Assembly: GCA_965243205.1 (NCBI GenBank)
Contig: CBDEUK010000002.1
Location: 1,408,001-1,472,000 of the forward strand
Reading direction: 5' to 3'
Origin: Gammaproteobacteria bacterium
GTDB lineage: Bacteria > Pseudomonadota > Gammaproteobacteria > Eutrophobiales > Eutrophobiaceae
Length of the DNA: 64,000 nt
This document shows, piece after piece, positions 31,588-42,631 of the stretch; positions within the stretch are counted from its first letter, which is position 1; every line of letters begins with the position of its first letter. The position numbers and the translations under genes were made by a program. The notes below the pieces were generated by a model. That model saw only the letters and a list, made by a program, of their open reading frames with translations, was not told the origin of the DNA and searched no databases.

Positions 31588-32316
31588 ATGGATAAAGTCG
31601 CGATAGTTACAGGTTCAGCAAAACGGATTGGTGCAGCAATTGTAAAACGCCTTCACCAAAACGGATTCAATGTCATGGTACATTACCATGAATCTAATAA
31701 TGAAGCTGAAAAACTCTGTGACGAACTTAATCAACAAAGACCTAATTCAGTTTATGAGATTTGTTACGATTTAAACGACCAAGCTTCATACGCTTCAATC
31801 ATTGAAAAATGTTTAACACAATTCCAACGTCTTGATGTTCTAATAAATAACGCATCAACGTTTTATTCAACTGATATAGATAATATTAATGAAAAAGTTT
31901 GGAATGATTTAATAAACATTAATCTCAAAGCACCAACGTTTCTTATCAAAGAAGCAACCGATTCATTGAAAAAGACCAACGGCTGTATCGTAAACATAAC
32001 CGATATACACGGTCACAGACCTTTAATGCATTACCCTATTTACAGTACTGCTAAGGCTGGGTTGGTCATGCTAACCAAAGCTATGGCAAAAGAACTAGCA
32101 CCTGAAATACGTGTTAATGCAGTTTCACCTGGTGCTATCGATTGGCCAGAAGCAATGGAATCGAGTACAAAAGATAATATACTTAATAAAATTGCTATGC
32201 GTAGAAAAGGCTCAACTGAAGACATTACCGATGCAGTCATGTATTTAATTAACGATGCTAAATATATGACAGGCCAAATATTAACCATAGATGGCGGTCG
32301 TAGTTTATTGAGTTAG
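31588..32316 (+). CDS. folM: Pteridine reductase (SDR; FolM-like)
   Basis: TGSAKRIG, NNAS, NITD, YSTAK, DGGRSL. Confidence 0.85.
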   Translation: MDKVAIVTGSAKRIGAAIVKRLHQNGFNVMVHYHESNNEAEKLCDELNQQRPNSVYEICYDLNDQASYASIIEKCLTQFQRLDVLINNASTFYSTDIDNINEKVWNDLININLKAPTFLIKEATDSLKKTNGCIVNITDIHGHRPLMHYPIYSTAKAGLVMLTKAMAKELAPEIRVNAVSPGAIDWPEAMESSTKDNILNKIAMRRKGSTEDITDAVMYLINDAKYMTGQILTIDGGRSLLS

Positions 32317-32327
32317 TTAAATGCTGA

Positions 32328-32747
32328 CTACTTTCTAAATTCAGGTAACTTAGCATCCAAAAACCAACGTTTCACTTCCTCTTCATACCACCAATGTTGA
32401 ACATGTTTGATGGTATTCACTGTTGCATAATCTTCATCATAGTAACTAAATTCAGCAATCACATCGGCTTCTTTTAATTCTTCATTAATTTCACCATCTT
32501 CCACAACATTAAAAGCAGTTACTTGAATACCTTTATAGTCATTTAAATTTAACTTAGGTTTATTACCATCTTTGTCCAAATGAAAGTCATACATATTTTT
32601 GTAGCGTGCCCAGCGTACTGCTTGGCCATATTGTTTTATTGCTGTTTGCAATGTACTGACCTTTTCTCTTTTTTGAACTCCCGAACATGCTGTACTCAAA
32701 ATGCAAGGGATTAACATGATCAATATTAAACGCACGCAAAATTTCAT
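32328..32747 (-). CDS. Hypothetical lipoprotein
   Basis: Lipobox STAC; YGQAVRW and QHWWY...KRWFL motifs. Confidence 0.75.
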   Translation of the reverse strand: MKFCVRLILIMLIPCILSTACSGVQKREKVSTLQTAIKQYGQAVRWARYKNMYDFHLDKDGNKPKLNLNDYKGIQVTAFNVVEDGEINEELKEADVIAEFSYYDEDYATVNTIKHVQHWWYEEEVKRWFLDAKLPEFRK

Positions 32748-32775
32748 AACATTCTCCAGAGTATAAATCTTTAAA

Positions 32776-33678
32776 TTAATCGTATTCTTTAAAAATATAT
32801 TCTTCGCCGGTCAATGACTCATAAACCCAAGCGGCGTATTTCATATTGCCTTCTAACGTTAGGTGCATTTTGTCGAACGATACGAAGTAATCGAGATTGA
32901 TTTGGCGTTCTCGAATAATTTCATATAAGTCTATATATGGCGCACCTAATTTAACCGCAACGTAACGAATCGTATCATTATATGGAATAAAGTTATCATA
33001 ATACGACTTACGGTTACCTTGCTTGCCACGTACATCACCAATGGCATGATTTACAATATAAATACAAGTCCCATGTTTTTTAAATATTGCTCTATAGAAC
33101 TCGCGTAAATTCTTTTTAAACTCATAAATACTCACCCGGGAGTATTTAGCCCAATCAAATACATTGGCATCATTCAAGCCAAACTGGATTAATACAATAC
33201 CAGGCAATAAAGGTATGACATCTTTTTTAAAACGATCAAGCGCATTAGCAGTCGTATCATTGCCAACACCTTTGTTATGTACTTTAAATTTACCTGGTTC
33301 ATATTCATCGAGCATTTCTTGCAACATTGAAGGCCAACGTAATTCTTCAGGAAACTCTGCACCTTCAGTTATTGAATCACCAAAACAAATGATATTAAAT
33401 TTTTCATTTGCTTCTAGTTCAGAAGTGTTATCAATAATATTATCGACAACTTGAATGGAATGACTTTCTTTATCGCTCTCTACAGCTGTACTAGATGTTT
33501 TTTTTGTAGTATGGCTCGATGTCTTCTTTTTAGCACGACTAGTCGTTTTCTTAGCCGTTTTTTTTGAAGTTTTTTTAGCTAGCTTTTTAGTGGTTTTCTT
33601 TTTAGCTCGCTTCTTTTTTGTTTTTTTCTTGGTGACCTTTCTCTCAGGTTCACTTTCATTTACTGGATCATCATCCAT
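32776..33678 (-). CDS. SGNH/GDSL hydrolase with a Lys-rich histone-H1-like N-terminal tail
   Basis: FGDSITEG, NKGVG, FGLNDA, DKMH catalytic blocks; residues ~13-62 are K/T/S/A repeats. Confidence 0.85.
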   Translation of the reverse strand: MDDDPVNESEPERKVTKKKTKKKRAKKKTTKKLAKKTSKKTAKKTTSRAKKKTSSHTTKKTSSTAVESDKESHSIQVVDNIIDNTSELEANEKFNIICFGDSITEGAEFPEELRWPSMLQEMLDEYEPGKFKVHNKGVGNDTTANALDRFKKDVIPLLPGIVLIQFGLNDANVFDWAKYSRVSIYEFKKNLREFYRAIFKKHGTCIYIVNHAIGDVRGKQGNRKSYYDNFIPYNDTIRYVAVKLGAPYIDLYEIIRERQINLDYFVSFDKMHLTLEGNMKYAAWVYESLTGEEYIFKEYD

Positions 33679-34189
33679 TGTGTTTCTCTAATCGTTTATA
33701 ATCCCATACAAAATCAATCTTCCAAAGATCATTTACAGGTTTATCATAATCATGCCAAAGTTGTTTATAACTTTTTTGCTCTATTGGATGAATCAGATCT
33801 GGCGCTAATTCTGCCATTGGAAACAACACAAACGAATACTTAAGCAAATCATTACGTGGTAATTGTAATTCCGAACTATCACTAACTAAATCATCATACA
33901 GCAACAAATCGATATCTAAACTTCTTGAGGCATATTGTTTGGTTTTTTGTTCTCTGCCAAATTCGATTTCAATCTGTTTTAAGTGTTTATTAACTTCTTG
34001 CACGGATAATTCTGATGAAAAACCTGCAACTAAATTATAAAAATTTTCACCATCGAACCCATACGGTATGGTTTCATAAACGCTGGATACTGAAAGTTCA
34101 TTAAAAAGTCGATCAAGAGCTGAAACACCGTCATTAATATTTCTTTCGCGATCAATATTACTACCGATCCCAACGTAAACCGAATGCAT
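33671..34189 (-). CDS. folK: 2-amino-4-hydroxy-6-hydroxymethyldihydropteridine diphosphokinase
   Basis: VGIGSN, SSVYET, FYNLV, RSLDIDLL. Confidence 0.93.
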   Translation of the reverse strand: MHSVYVGIGSNIDRERNINDGVSALDRLFNELSVSSVYETIPYGFDGENFYNLVAGFSSELSVQEVNKHLKQIEIEFGREQKTKQYASRSLDIDLLLYDDLVSDSSELQLPRNDLLKYSFVLFPMAELAPDLIHPIEQKSYKQLWHDYDKPVNDLWKIDFVWDYKRLEKHNG

Positions 34190-34546
34190 TTAAGGCCTTA
34201 CGCCTCGTTCGATGATCACACCAACATCTCGAACCCCCTGTACGGCTCCTTTTTTATTTAGACGAAGACGTACCCATGGCACATTAAATTCAGTCAGAAT
34301 AATTTCAGCAACGCTTTCGGCCAAGGCTTCTACTAACTCGAACTCACTTTCGCCTACATAAGAAAATAATCGTTTAGCTACAGATTTATAATCCAAAGTA
34401 TCATCAATATTATCGGAATTGGCAGCTTTCTTTATATCTGTTGCCATTTCGATATCAAAAATAATAGTCTGGCGCATACGGCGTTCCCATTCGTAAACAC
34501 CTATCACCGTATCGATTCTTAAATCGTTTAAATAAATAATATCCAT
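34190..34546 (-). CDS. folB: Dihydroneopterin aldolase
   Basis: IGVYEWER, LDY, FELVE, VGVIIER. Confidence 0.95.
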   Translation of the reverse strand: MDIIYLNDLRIDTVIGVYEWERRMRQTIIFDIEMATDIKKAANSDNIDDTLDYKSVAKRLFSYVGESEFELVEALAESVAEIILTEFNVPWVRLRLNKKGAVQGVRDVGVIIERGVRP

Positions 34547-34656
34547 CAAATATCTGTTTCAGTAATTTTTATAATCTGCCATTATAATCACTTGTTGATA
34601 CGCAGACCATGTCCGTTTTTATATTCAAAAGATCTTAAACATACTCATCAAACAAC

Positions 34657-35262
34657 ATGTTGATATATAGCTTCATTATTCTTGGTTATTTATTTGGTTC
34701 AGTCGCCTCAGCCATAATTGTCTGTAAAAGCTTAGGTTTAAGTGATCCAAGAAGCGGCGGTTCCAATAACCCTGGCGCCACCAATGTATTAAGACTACAT
34801 GGCAAACAAGCTGCGGCTCTTACCTTAGCAGGTGATGTACTAAAAGGCGTATTTCCAGTTTTAATCGCTCATCAATTTACCGATTCACATCTAATCATAG
34901 GTCTCACAGGTTTAGCAGCGTTTCTAGGACACTTATATCCTATCTTTTTCGGTTTTAAAGGCGGCAAAGGCGTTGCAACGTTTATCGGGGTCTTATTTGC
35001 GACGCATTGGGTGTTAGGACTGGGATTTGTTGTGATTTGGTTATTAATGGCAATGTTATTTCGATATTCCTCTCTTTCTGCTTTAACCGCTGCTACGGCA
35101 ATGCCATTCATGAGTTTTTACTTTTTAGGCTCTAAGGAATTAATCATCATCACATCGATTATGGCAGTATTATTATTTTGGCGACATCAAAGCAATATTC
35201 GTAATTTGTTATCTGGAAAAGAAAGTAAAATCGGTAAGAAAGAATCTGATGAAACTAATTAA
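34657..35262 (+). CDS. plsY: Glycerol-3-phosphate acyltransferase PlsY
   Basis: [29 protein letters not shown]. Confidence 0.96.
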   Translation: MLIYSFIILGYLFGSVASAIIVCKSLGLSDPRSGGSNNPGATNVLRLHGKQAAALTLAGDVLKGVFPVLIAHQFTDSHLIIGLTGLAAFLGHLYPIFFGFKGGKGVATFIGVLFATHWVLGLGFVVIWLLMAMLFRYSSLSALTAATAMPFMSFYFLGSKELIIITSIMAVLLFWRHQSNIRNLLSGKESKIGKKESDETN

Positions 35263-36269
35263 CCAGTAACATCGGTCAATGGCCAACGCGCTCTAGCCTG
35301 AAATCCTAAACCTTGAGCTTCACCACCTAATAATTTCTGTGCTCCCGCATAGGCAATCATTGCCCCATTATCCGTACAAAACTCTGGCTTTGGAAAGTTA
35401 ATAGCCACTTTTTGTTTTTCACCTAACTGATACAAAGCTTCGCGTAATTGTTTATTGGCACTGACGCCACCAGCAACAATTAAACGTTGCATCCCTGTTT
35501 GCTCTAATGCTCTCCGACATTTGATAACTAACGTATCAACTACTGACTCAACAAAACCACGAGCAATATCGGCTCGGGTTTGTTCATCATCCGATTCTTT
35601 ATTAACCAGATTCATGGTAAAAGTTTTTAAACCACTGAAACTGAAATCCAAGCCTGGCCTATCGGTCATCGGCCTAGGAAATTGATATCGTTTTGGATCA
35701 CCATCATCCGCTAACTTCGAAATGGCAGGACCTCCTGGATAACCTAAGCCCATGAGCTTGGCAGTTTTATCAAAAGCTTCACCTGCTGCATCATCCAATG
35801 TTTCTCCGAGTAATTCATAATCTCCCAATGCATTCACTTGCATCAACTGCGTATGTCCTCCAGAAACCAATAACGCTAAAAAAGGAAAATCAATTGATTC
35901 ATCTTCTAATAGAGGTGCTAATAAATGTGCCTCCATATGATGAACTGCTACCGCCGGCACACCTAAGCCATAGGCCAAACTACGACCAGTTGCTGTACCT
36001 ACCAATAGAGCACCGATCAAACCCGGCCCTGCCGTATAAGCGACTGCATCGATATCTTCTTTGGCTAACTGCGTTTTTTTCAATAATTCATCGATTAACG
36101 GCAAAATACGCACAATGTGATCCCTCGAAGCAAGCTCAGGCACCACGCCGCCATATTGCTTGTGAAGGTCAATTTGACTAAACAAAGTATGCCCAAGCAG
36201 GCCTTTTTCGGTGTCATAAAGACCGATTCCGGTCTCATCACAAGATGTTTCTATACCTAATACACGCAT
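35259..36269 (-). CDS. tsaD: tRNA t6A threonylcarbamoyltransferase TsaD
   Basis: [27 protein letters not shown]. Confidence 0.97.
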   Translation of the reverse strand: MRVLGIETSCDETGIGLYDTEKGLLGHTLFSQIDLHKQYGGVVPELASRDHIVRILPLIDELLKKTQLAKEDIDAVAYTAGPGLIGALLVGTATGRSLAYGLGVPAVAVHHMEAHLLAPLLEDESIDFPFLALLVSGGHTQLMQVNALGDYELLGETLDDAAGEAFDKTAKLMGLGYPGGPAISKLADDGDPKRYQFPRPMTDRPGLDFSFSGLKTFTMNLVNKESDDEQTRADIARGFVESVVDTLVIKCRRALEQTGMQRLIVAGGVSANKQLREALYQLGEKQKVAINFPKPEFCTDNGAMIAYAGAQKLLGGEAQGLGFQARARWPLTDVTG

Positions 36270-36381
36270 TTTTGAGATTTTTTATAAAAATATGGGTTTG
36301 ATCGTTGCAATTCTGGATTCATTCACTAGAATTAGCCACCTTTTTACGATACCAGTAACATTTTTAGGAACTTACAACTAT

Positions 36382-36597
36382 ATGCCTTCTGTAAAAGTCA
36401 GAGAAAACGAGCCCTTCGATATCGCATTACGTCGTTTCAAACGTTCATGTGAAAAAGCTGGGATCTTGGCAGAAGTCCATCGCCGTGAATTCTACGAAAA
36501 ACCAACTCAAGTACGCAAACGCAAAGCTGCTGCTGCCGTGAAACGTCATCAGAAAAAAGTTGGTCGCGATCGATTACGTCCAAGCCGAGCCCACTAA
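36382..36597 (+). CDS. rpsU: 30S ribosomal protein S21
   Basis: [27 protein letters not shown]; start ATG 36382. Confidence 0.97.
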   Translation: MPSVKVRENEPFDIALRRFKRSCEKAGILAEVHRREFYEKPTQVRKRKAAAAVKRHQKKVGRDRLRPSRAH

Positions 36598-36620
36598 GCT
36601 TAACCTCCATTCATTAGCTT

Positions 36621-37067
36621 ATGTCAAACCTTCAAGAACAGATCAAAGATGCTGTTAAAAACGCTATGCGCGAAAAAAATAAAGAGCGCTTGGGGGCTTT
36701 ACGTCTGATTACAGCTGCTTTTAAGCAAAAAGAAGTGGATGAACGCATTGAGATTACCGATGATATTGCTCTAGCCATTCTCGATAAAATGTCTAAGCAA
36801 TTACGTGACTCTATCAAACAATACCAAGAAGCTGGCCGAGACGAACTAGCAGAAAAAGAACAATACGAATTAGGCATAGTTTCTGAATTTCTACCTGCTC
36901 AATTAACCGACGATGAAATTACTCAATTAATCAGCGAAGCCATCGCTGCTACAGGTGCAAGCTCAATGCAGGATATGGGTAAACTCATGGGTGTTTTAAA
37001 GCCCAAGTTACAAGGTCGAGCTGATATGGGTAAGGTTAGCGGGCTAGTAAAATCTCAGCTTTCCTGA
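36621..37067 (+). CDS. GatB/YqeY domain protein
   Basis: AMREK...RL..LR, DMGKLMG..KPKLQGRADM. Confidence 0.93.
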   Translation: MSNLQEQIKDAVKNAMREKNKERLGALRLITAAFKQKEVDERIEITDDIALAILDKMSKQLRDSIKQYQEAGRDELAEKEQYELGIVSEFLPAQLTDDEITQLISEAIAATGASSMQDMGKLMGVLKPKLQGRADMGKVSGLVKSQLS

Positions 37068-37161
37068 TTTATTTCGTTAGTAACCAATTACTTTCTATAT
37101 ATTTTTCCTTATAAAAATAAGTCTCTGATTCTCAGCTTTAGCTTTCTGTATACTTAAGCCC

Positions 37162-38886
37162 ATGGCTGGCCGAATTCCACAATCGTTTATTGATGAACTC
37201 TTATCTCGGATCGATATTGTCGATGTGATTGATGGTTACGTGCCTTTGAAAAAGGCTGGCAAAAATCATCAAGCCTGCTGCCCATTTCATAATGAAAAAA
37301 CACCTTCATTTACCGTCAGCCAAGAAAAACAGTTTTACCATTGTTTTGGCTGTGGTGCGAACGGCACCGCCATCAGCTTTTTAATGGAATATTCGGGCAT
37401 GAGTTTTCCAGAAGCCGTAGAAGAGCTTGCACACCGTTGTGGTTTGCCGATTCCTAAAGAAGCCGCTCATATCGAAATCGATAAAGACCGTGCTGAACTG
37501 TATGAATTAATGGAAATGATTACACGATTTTATAGCAAACAATTAAAAGAACATTCTGAATCAGCTACAGCCATTGAGTATTTAAAAAACCGAGGCTTAA
37601 CCGGCGAGATCGCCAAACAATTTGAAATCGGCTTTGCACCACCTGGTTGGGATAACTTACTTAATAATTTCGGCCAATCAAATGAAGCAAAAGCACGACT
37701 TGAAAAAATTGGTATGACAATTAAGAAAGATAACGGTGGTTTTTATGACCGTTTTCGCAATCGTATTGTGTTCCCGATTCGAGATGTAAGAAATCGTGTC
37801 ATTGGTTTTGGTGGTCGCGTATTAAGCAAAGACGATACTCCCAAGTACCTTAACTCACCGGAAACTATTTTATTCCATAAAGGCTACGAATTATATGGGC
37901 TTTATCAAGCTCGCAAGGCAGCTGGGCAAAAAGTCTATATCGTCGAGGGTTATATGGACGTGGTGTCTCTCGCACAGTTTGGCGTTAACAATGCAGTAGC
38001 GACTCTTGGTACTGCTGCCACAGCAGAGCAAATAGAAAAACTGTTTAAAAAATTTCCACAAATCGTTTTTTGTTTTGACGGCGACAAGGCAGGAATTAAA
38101 GCCGCATGGCGCGCCCTGGAAACTACCTTGCCTTTATTGAAAGACGGTCGTCAATGTCATTTCTTATTTATTCCTGAAGGCGAAGACCCTGATAGTTTCG
38201 TCAGACAACATGGTAAGGAAGGTTTCGAAAGACCTGAGCTCTTAATGCCTTTGTCCGACTATCTTTTTCAACAATTGGAGCAAGACTTAGATTTAAGTAC
38301 CGCTGAAGGACGTGCTAGTTATGTCGAAAAAGCCAAACCGTTTGTGCAAAAACTTCAGACATCCGCATTTCGCGAACTCATTGTTGCAGAAATTTCAAAA
38401 CGATCAGGAGTGAATTTCAATCAATTTGAACCACAAGCTTCATCAAAACCACGAACTCAAACAACCACTACTAGACCACGAGTAAAAAATCCAAAGCTAC
38501 ACACTATGACACCTGTCCGTCGTGCGATACGTATGTTGTTGAATCACCCTGAGATCGCGAAACAGACAGAATCCTTGAATGAATTAAGTCACTTAAAAGA
38601 ACATGGTATTCCATTTCTACTCGAGCTTATTCAATACATTCAAAATCGCGAATCCACGACAATTGCTAATATCATGGAGCATTGGCGCGATACTCCTACC
38701 GAAAAAGCCTTAATGGATTTAGCACGCTCTGAAGAATTACTCAACGAACCTGACGAACTTATTATTGAATTTAATGGCTTGCTCAAAAAAATGATTTTGG
38801 ATGCAAAAAAACAGGAACGCCAGTGGCAAAGCCAGGGTCTAAAAAACCTAGATGACCTTAAAAAACTTCAAGAAAGCAACAAATAA
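37162..38886 (+). CDS. dnaG: DNA primase
   Basis: CPFH..CFGC Zn finger, KYLNSPET, VEGYMDV, FDGDKAG, DPD. Confidence 0.98.
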   Translation: MAGRIPQSFIDELLSRIDIVDVIDGYVPLKKAGKNHQACCPFHNEKTPSFTVSQEKQFYHCFGCGANGTAISFLMEYSGMSFPEAVEELAHRCGLPIPKEAAHIEIDKDRAELYELMEMITRFYSKQLKEHSESATAIEYLKNRGLTGEIAKQFEIGFAPPGWDNLLNNFGQSNEAKARLEKIGMTIKKDNGGFYDRFRNRIVFPIRDVRNRVIGFGGRVLSKDDTPKYLNSPETILFHKGYELYGLYQARKAAGQKVYIVEGYMDVVSLAQFGVNNAVATLGTAATAEQIEKLFKKFPQIVFCFDGDKAGIKAAWRALETTLPLLKDGRQCHFLFIPEGEDPDSFVRQHGKEGFERPELLMPLSDYLFQQLEQDLDLSTAEGRASYVEKAKPFVQKLQTSAFRELIVAEISKRSGVNFNQFEPQASSKPRTQTTTTRPRVKNPKLHTMTPVRRAIRMLLNHPEIAKQTESLNELSHLKEHGIPFLLELIQYIQNRESTTIANIMEHWRDTPTEKALMDLARSEELLNEPDELIIEFNGLLKKMILDAKKQERQWQSQGLKNLDDLKKLQESNK

Positions 38887-39085
38887 CATTGTAATAAAAT
38901 ATGAATTTCTCATAGCGGGAACAATGTTCACATGCTATAATTGACTGTTTAACTTTGGCCAAAATTAGATCAACGAAATCAAGTAGTTACAAATCCAAGT
39001 CCAAAGTTCTCGACTATAATAATTAGAACACCAACGCTCGAAATTAAGTTTAACTACAAACAATTTTTCACACTGATAGATACAT

Positions 39086-40933
39086 ATGGAACAAACTGAA
39101 CAACAAACACCTAAAGTTGATGACCAGTCTCAGCTCAAGCTGCTTATCACCAAAGGAAAAGAACAAGGCTTTCTGACCTACCATGAAGTCAACGATCATC
39201 TGCCCGATGACATCGTTGATCCTGAGCAAATCGAAGACATCATAAACATGATTAATGACATGGGTATTGCCGTGCATGAGTCTCCGCCTGAAACGGATGT
39301 CATCATGACCGACAGTACCGATGCGCCTGATGAAGATGCTGCAGCAGAAGCAGCAGCGGCACTTGCCAACGTTGAAAATGAATTTGGTCGTACTACTGAT
39401 CCAGTTCGCATGTACATGCGAGAAATGGGTACCGTTGATTTATTAACTCGCGAAGGCGAGATCAAAATTGCTAAACGTATTGAAGAAGGACTAAACCAAG
39501 TCCTGGCTGCCCTTGCTTGTTACCCTGGCACTATCAACTTCTTGATGCAAGCACATGAACAAGTCGAGCAAGAACAATTAAAACTCAGCGATATCGTTAT
39601 TGGCATCAATGACTATGAAGAAGAATATCCTGATGAAGGTATGCCACCACCAGAACAAGTAACTGCTAATAATTCAGAATCCGGTGATGACGATGATGAT
39701 TCTGATGAAGAGCCAGAAAACACACTGGATCCCGAAGAAGTCCGTACCCGAATCAATGATATCTCTAAGCTATTTGCAAAGGTTCAAAAGAACGCTAAAA
39801 AATACGGTCGTAGTGACAGCAAAACTGAAAAAGCCCAACAAGAATTAAGCGATAAATTTTTAGAGCTTCGTTTATCGCCTAAATTGATCGAACAATTAAC
39901 AGAAAATGCTCGGTTCATCATTGAATCAATTCGTCATGCTGAAAAAACCATTATGGGTTTATGCGTGAAACAATCAAAAATGCCTCGTAAAGAATTTATT
40001 CAATCTTTTCCTAGTAACGAGACCAACACGAATTGGATTCAAGAAACTATCAAAGATAGTCCCACATACAAAGATGCATTGTTAGAAGTTGAACCTGAAG
40101 TGACAAAGATTCAGGAAAAACTAGCGACCTTATTCGAAGACAGTAATTTGGAGCTGACTGAATTCAAAGAGATCAATCGTCGAGTATCAATTGGTGAAGC
40201 GAAAGCTCGCCGCGCTAAGAAAGAAATGGTTGAAGCTAACCTGCGTTTAGTTATTTCGATTGCGAAGAAATATACCAACCGTGGTTTGTTATTCTTGGAT
40301 CTAATCCAAGAAGGCAACATCGGTTTGATGAAAGCCGTGGATAAATTCGAATACCGTCGTGGTTATAAATTTTCGACCTATGCAACTTGGTGGATTCGCC
40401 AAGCTATCACGCGTTCGATCGCAGACCAAGCTCGTACCATACGTATTCCAGTACATATGATCGAAACGATTAACAAGTTAAATCGTATCTCGCGTCAAAT
40501 CCTACAAGAGATGGGGCGCGAACCAACGCCAGAAGAATTGGCTGAAAAAATGGAAATGCCGGAAGATAAAATCCGCAAAGTCTTAAAAATTGCCAAAGAA
40601 CCAATCTCTATGGAAACACCTATCGGTGATGATGAAGATTCGCACTTAGGTGATTTTATCGAAGACCAAAACATTGAAGCACCTGTAGATTTTGCTGGGT
40701 TTGAAGGCTTACGACGTTCTACACGCGATGCATTAGAAGGCTTAACACCGCGTGAAGCAAAGGTTCTTAGAATGCGTTTTGGAATTGATATGAACACTGA
40801 CCATACTTTGGAAGAAGTAGGCAAACAGTTTGACGTAACTCGTGAGCGTATTCGTCAAATTGAGGCTAAGGCATTGCGTAAATTACGCCACCCTTCTCGT
40901 TCCGAACAATTAAAAACGTTCTTAGATCAGTAA
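39086..40933 (+). CDS. rpoD: RNA polymerase sigma factor RpoD (sigma70)
   Basis: [33 protein letters not shown]. Confidence 0.99.
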   Translation: MEQTEQQTPKVDDQSQLKLLITKGKEQGFLTYHEVNDHLPDDIVDPEQIEDIINMINDMGIAVHESPPETDVIMTDSTDAPDEDAAAEAAAALANVENEFGRTTDPVRMYMREMGTVDLLTREGEIKIAKRIEEGLNQVLAALACYPGTINFLMQAHEQVEQEQLKLSDIVIGINDYEEEYPDEGMPPPEQVTANNSESGDDDDDSDEEPENTLDPEEVRTRINDISKLFAKVQKNAKKYGRSDSKTEKAQQELSDKFLELRLSPKLIEQLTENARFIIESIRHAEKTIMGLCVKQSKMPRKEFIQSFPSNETNTNWIQETIKDSPTYKDALLEVEPEVTKIQEKLATLFEDSNLELTEFKEINRRVSIGEAKARRAKKEMVEANLRLVISIAKKYTNRGLLFLDLIQEGNIGLMKAVDKFEYRRGYKFSTYATWWIRQAITRSIADQARTIRIPVHMIETINKLNRISRQILQEMGREPTPEELAEKMEMPEDKIRKVLKIAKEPISMETPIGDDEDSHLGDFIEDQNIEAPVDFAGFEGLRRSTRDALEGLTPREAKVLRMRFGIDMNTDHTLEEVGKQFDVTRERIRQIEAKALRKLRHPSRSEQLKTFLDQ

Positions 40934-40940
40934 AAACAAA

Positions 40941-40969
40941 AAACGATGTGGAGCAATTCCACATCGTTT
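40941..40969 (+). terminator. Terminator hairpin after rpoD
   Basis: AAACGATGTGGA-GCAA-TTCCACATCGTTT. Confidence 0.75.
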
Positions 40970-41014
40970 GTAATGAATAAAAACACTGTTACAATCCCGC
41001 CAGTCTTTACATCA

Positions 41015-41091
41015 GGGCCCTTAGCTCAGTTGGTTAGAGCAGTGGACTCATAATCCATTGGTCGAAGGTTCGAGTCCTTCAGGGCCCACCA
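41015..41091 (+). tRNA. ileX: tRNA-Ile2 (CAT anticodon, lysidine-modified)
   Basis: GGGCCCTTAGCTCAGTTGGTTAGAGCAGTGGACTCATAATCCATTGGTCGAAGGTTCGAGTCCTTCAGGGCCCACCA. The sequence pattern and position after rpoD match ileX rather than tRNA-Met. Confidence 0.93.
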
Positions 41092-41095
41092 ATAA

Positions 41096-41108
41096 AATCA
41101 ATGGTTTA
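41096..41108 (+). promoter_or_regulatory. IHF site directly after the tRNA 3' end (att-junction-like)
   Basis: AATCAATGGTTTA = WATCAA-N4-TTR. Confidence 0.55.
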
Positions 41109-41427
41109 GGCTAAATATCTAACTAACCTTCACTTTATTTTCCCGATCTGCTTACCCTTAACGAGTTTGTGAGCACAAATTTCTATATAAATCACTTGTA
41201 CCTATAGTTCGATCCTCTCTTAAGACTATGTTTATCGCTCATAATCAAGAATAGTTATTTATGTTTTTGATTTGTATAGATTTATCGAGGGAATATATAG
41301 TGAAATACCCTCAAAAATACCCGCTTTTTATTTTTTCAATACAGGATGAATTCTTATTTTAATAGATACGTAATCTCTTTAAGATATAAATTATTCTAAA
41401 AATAAAATATTAATATAAGGAAATGTC

Positions 41428-42057
41428 ATGAAGACACTAGCAGTTATTTTTATTCTCACTTTTTCGTTAATTACCAATTCCTACTCAGCCGTTATCTATG
41501 ATGAATCAATAGATGGAGATCTCCCTATAATAATTGATTTCGATGTCAATAATTCGAATTACTTAGGTGTTCTGGGTGCCGGCCAAAACCAAATAAAAGG
41601 CTCGACTTTCACCCGAGTAAGGCCAAGTATTTTTTCGGATGAAGATCATTTATTTTTCTCAATTTCTGAAGGTTATGAATTCACTTCTATTTCTATTTTA
41701 TATGATGTTACTCGAGATGTTGGTCTTAACACTTCATTCGCACTGCTAAGTCTTGAAAAGGTAAGAGGTAGATTTTTTGACGAGATAGCTATTCTTACTG
41801 GAGAATTAGTGAACAGACCTGATTTGGCAACCCCCAAATCAGAATTTTTTCTTCCTAGCCTAGGCGAAGGAGATTATAGATTAGGCGGTTTTTCAGGTGC
41901 TCATACATTACTCTCGAGTACAGATGCCGTTGTTGTATGGGATTACACAATAACTTTAGATGTTACTGCCCCGGTTCCAATCCCAGCCACATCATGGTTA
42001 TTCATTTCAGGCTTAGGTTTATTAGGCTTTAAAAGAAAACATAACTCATATAGGTGA
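41428..42057 (+). CDS. Secreted protein with VPLPA-CTERM sorting signal
   Basis: Signal peptide, YDESIDGDL N-terminus, C-terminus PVPIPATSWLFISGLGLLGFKRKH. Confidence 0.85.
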   Translation: MKTLAVIFILTFSLITNSYSAVIYDESIDGDLPIIIDFDVNNSNYLGVLGAGQNQIKGSTFTRVRPSIFSDEDHLFFSISEGYEFTSISILYDVTRDVGLNTSFALLSLEKVRGRFFDEIAILTGELVNRPDLATPKSEFFLPSLGEGDYRLGGFSGAHTLLSSTDAVVVWDYTITLDVTAPVPIPATSWLFISGLGLLGFKRKHNSYR

Positions 42058-42102
42058 TTAACTAATCCTTCTCAATAGATAACTCCCTAAAAAAGCGACT
42101 TT

Positions 42103-42582
42103 ATGACAATATACAAACATCTATTCATATACTCATTGTGTATATTTTCAACTACGACTTTTAGTTATTACCCTGACTCAGCTAATCCTGATGAAGCCGT
42201 TGGCCAAATGAAAACTAGAATCATAACAATTGAAACACATAAACAAGAATGTTTAAGGTTTAATCCAGATTTAAAAATTGAAATCGAAGATAAATTTACA
42301 CAATGGGAAGAGATTGAAAAAATATATATTGAAAAAGCAGAATTTTATACGTTCGAACTCAAAAAAAAGAATCCAGAACTGATAAATCAAATTAATAAAA
42401 TTTCTGAAATGATATTGAATCAGACTAAATACACCTTTGATAATGTCGGTGAAGTTGGCGGTGAAAAATTAGTAAATGAGTATTGCTTAAACTTTTTTGA
42501 AGAATTAATTAATGGTAGTTGGAAAAAAAGAACTCCGAACTTATATAAATACTTAGATCAGTTGCCAGAAATATACGATTAA
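42103..42582 (+). CDS. Hypothetical secreted helical protein
   Basis: Signal peptide, two Cys in the mature part; no recognisable domain. Confidence 0.7.
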   Translation: MTIYKHLFIYSLCIFSTTTFSYYPDSANPDEAVGQMKTRIITIETHKQECLRFNPDLKIEIEDKFTQWEEIEKIYIEKAEFYTFELKKKNPELINQINKISEMILNQTKYTFDNVGEVGGEKLVNEYCLNFFEELINGSWKKRTPNLYKYLDQLPEIYD

Positions 42583-42631
42583 AATTACAAATAATAACTT
42601 TATTAAAACTAAAATCATTAGTGACTTAAAA

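Noticed and set aside
33490-33640. T-rich low-complexity tract as a DNA repeat or phase-variation site
   Set aside because: Explained by Lys codons of the basic tail; no perfect tandem unit.
41015-41091. Calling the CAT tRNA tRNA-Met or fMet
   Set aside because: It has a paired G1-C72 and lacks the three consecutive G-C anticodon-stem pairs of initiator tRNA. Sequence and position match tRNA-Ile2.
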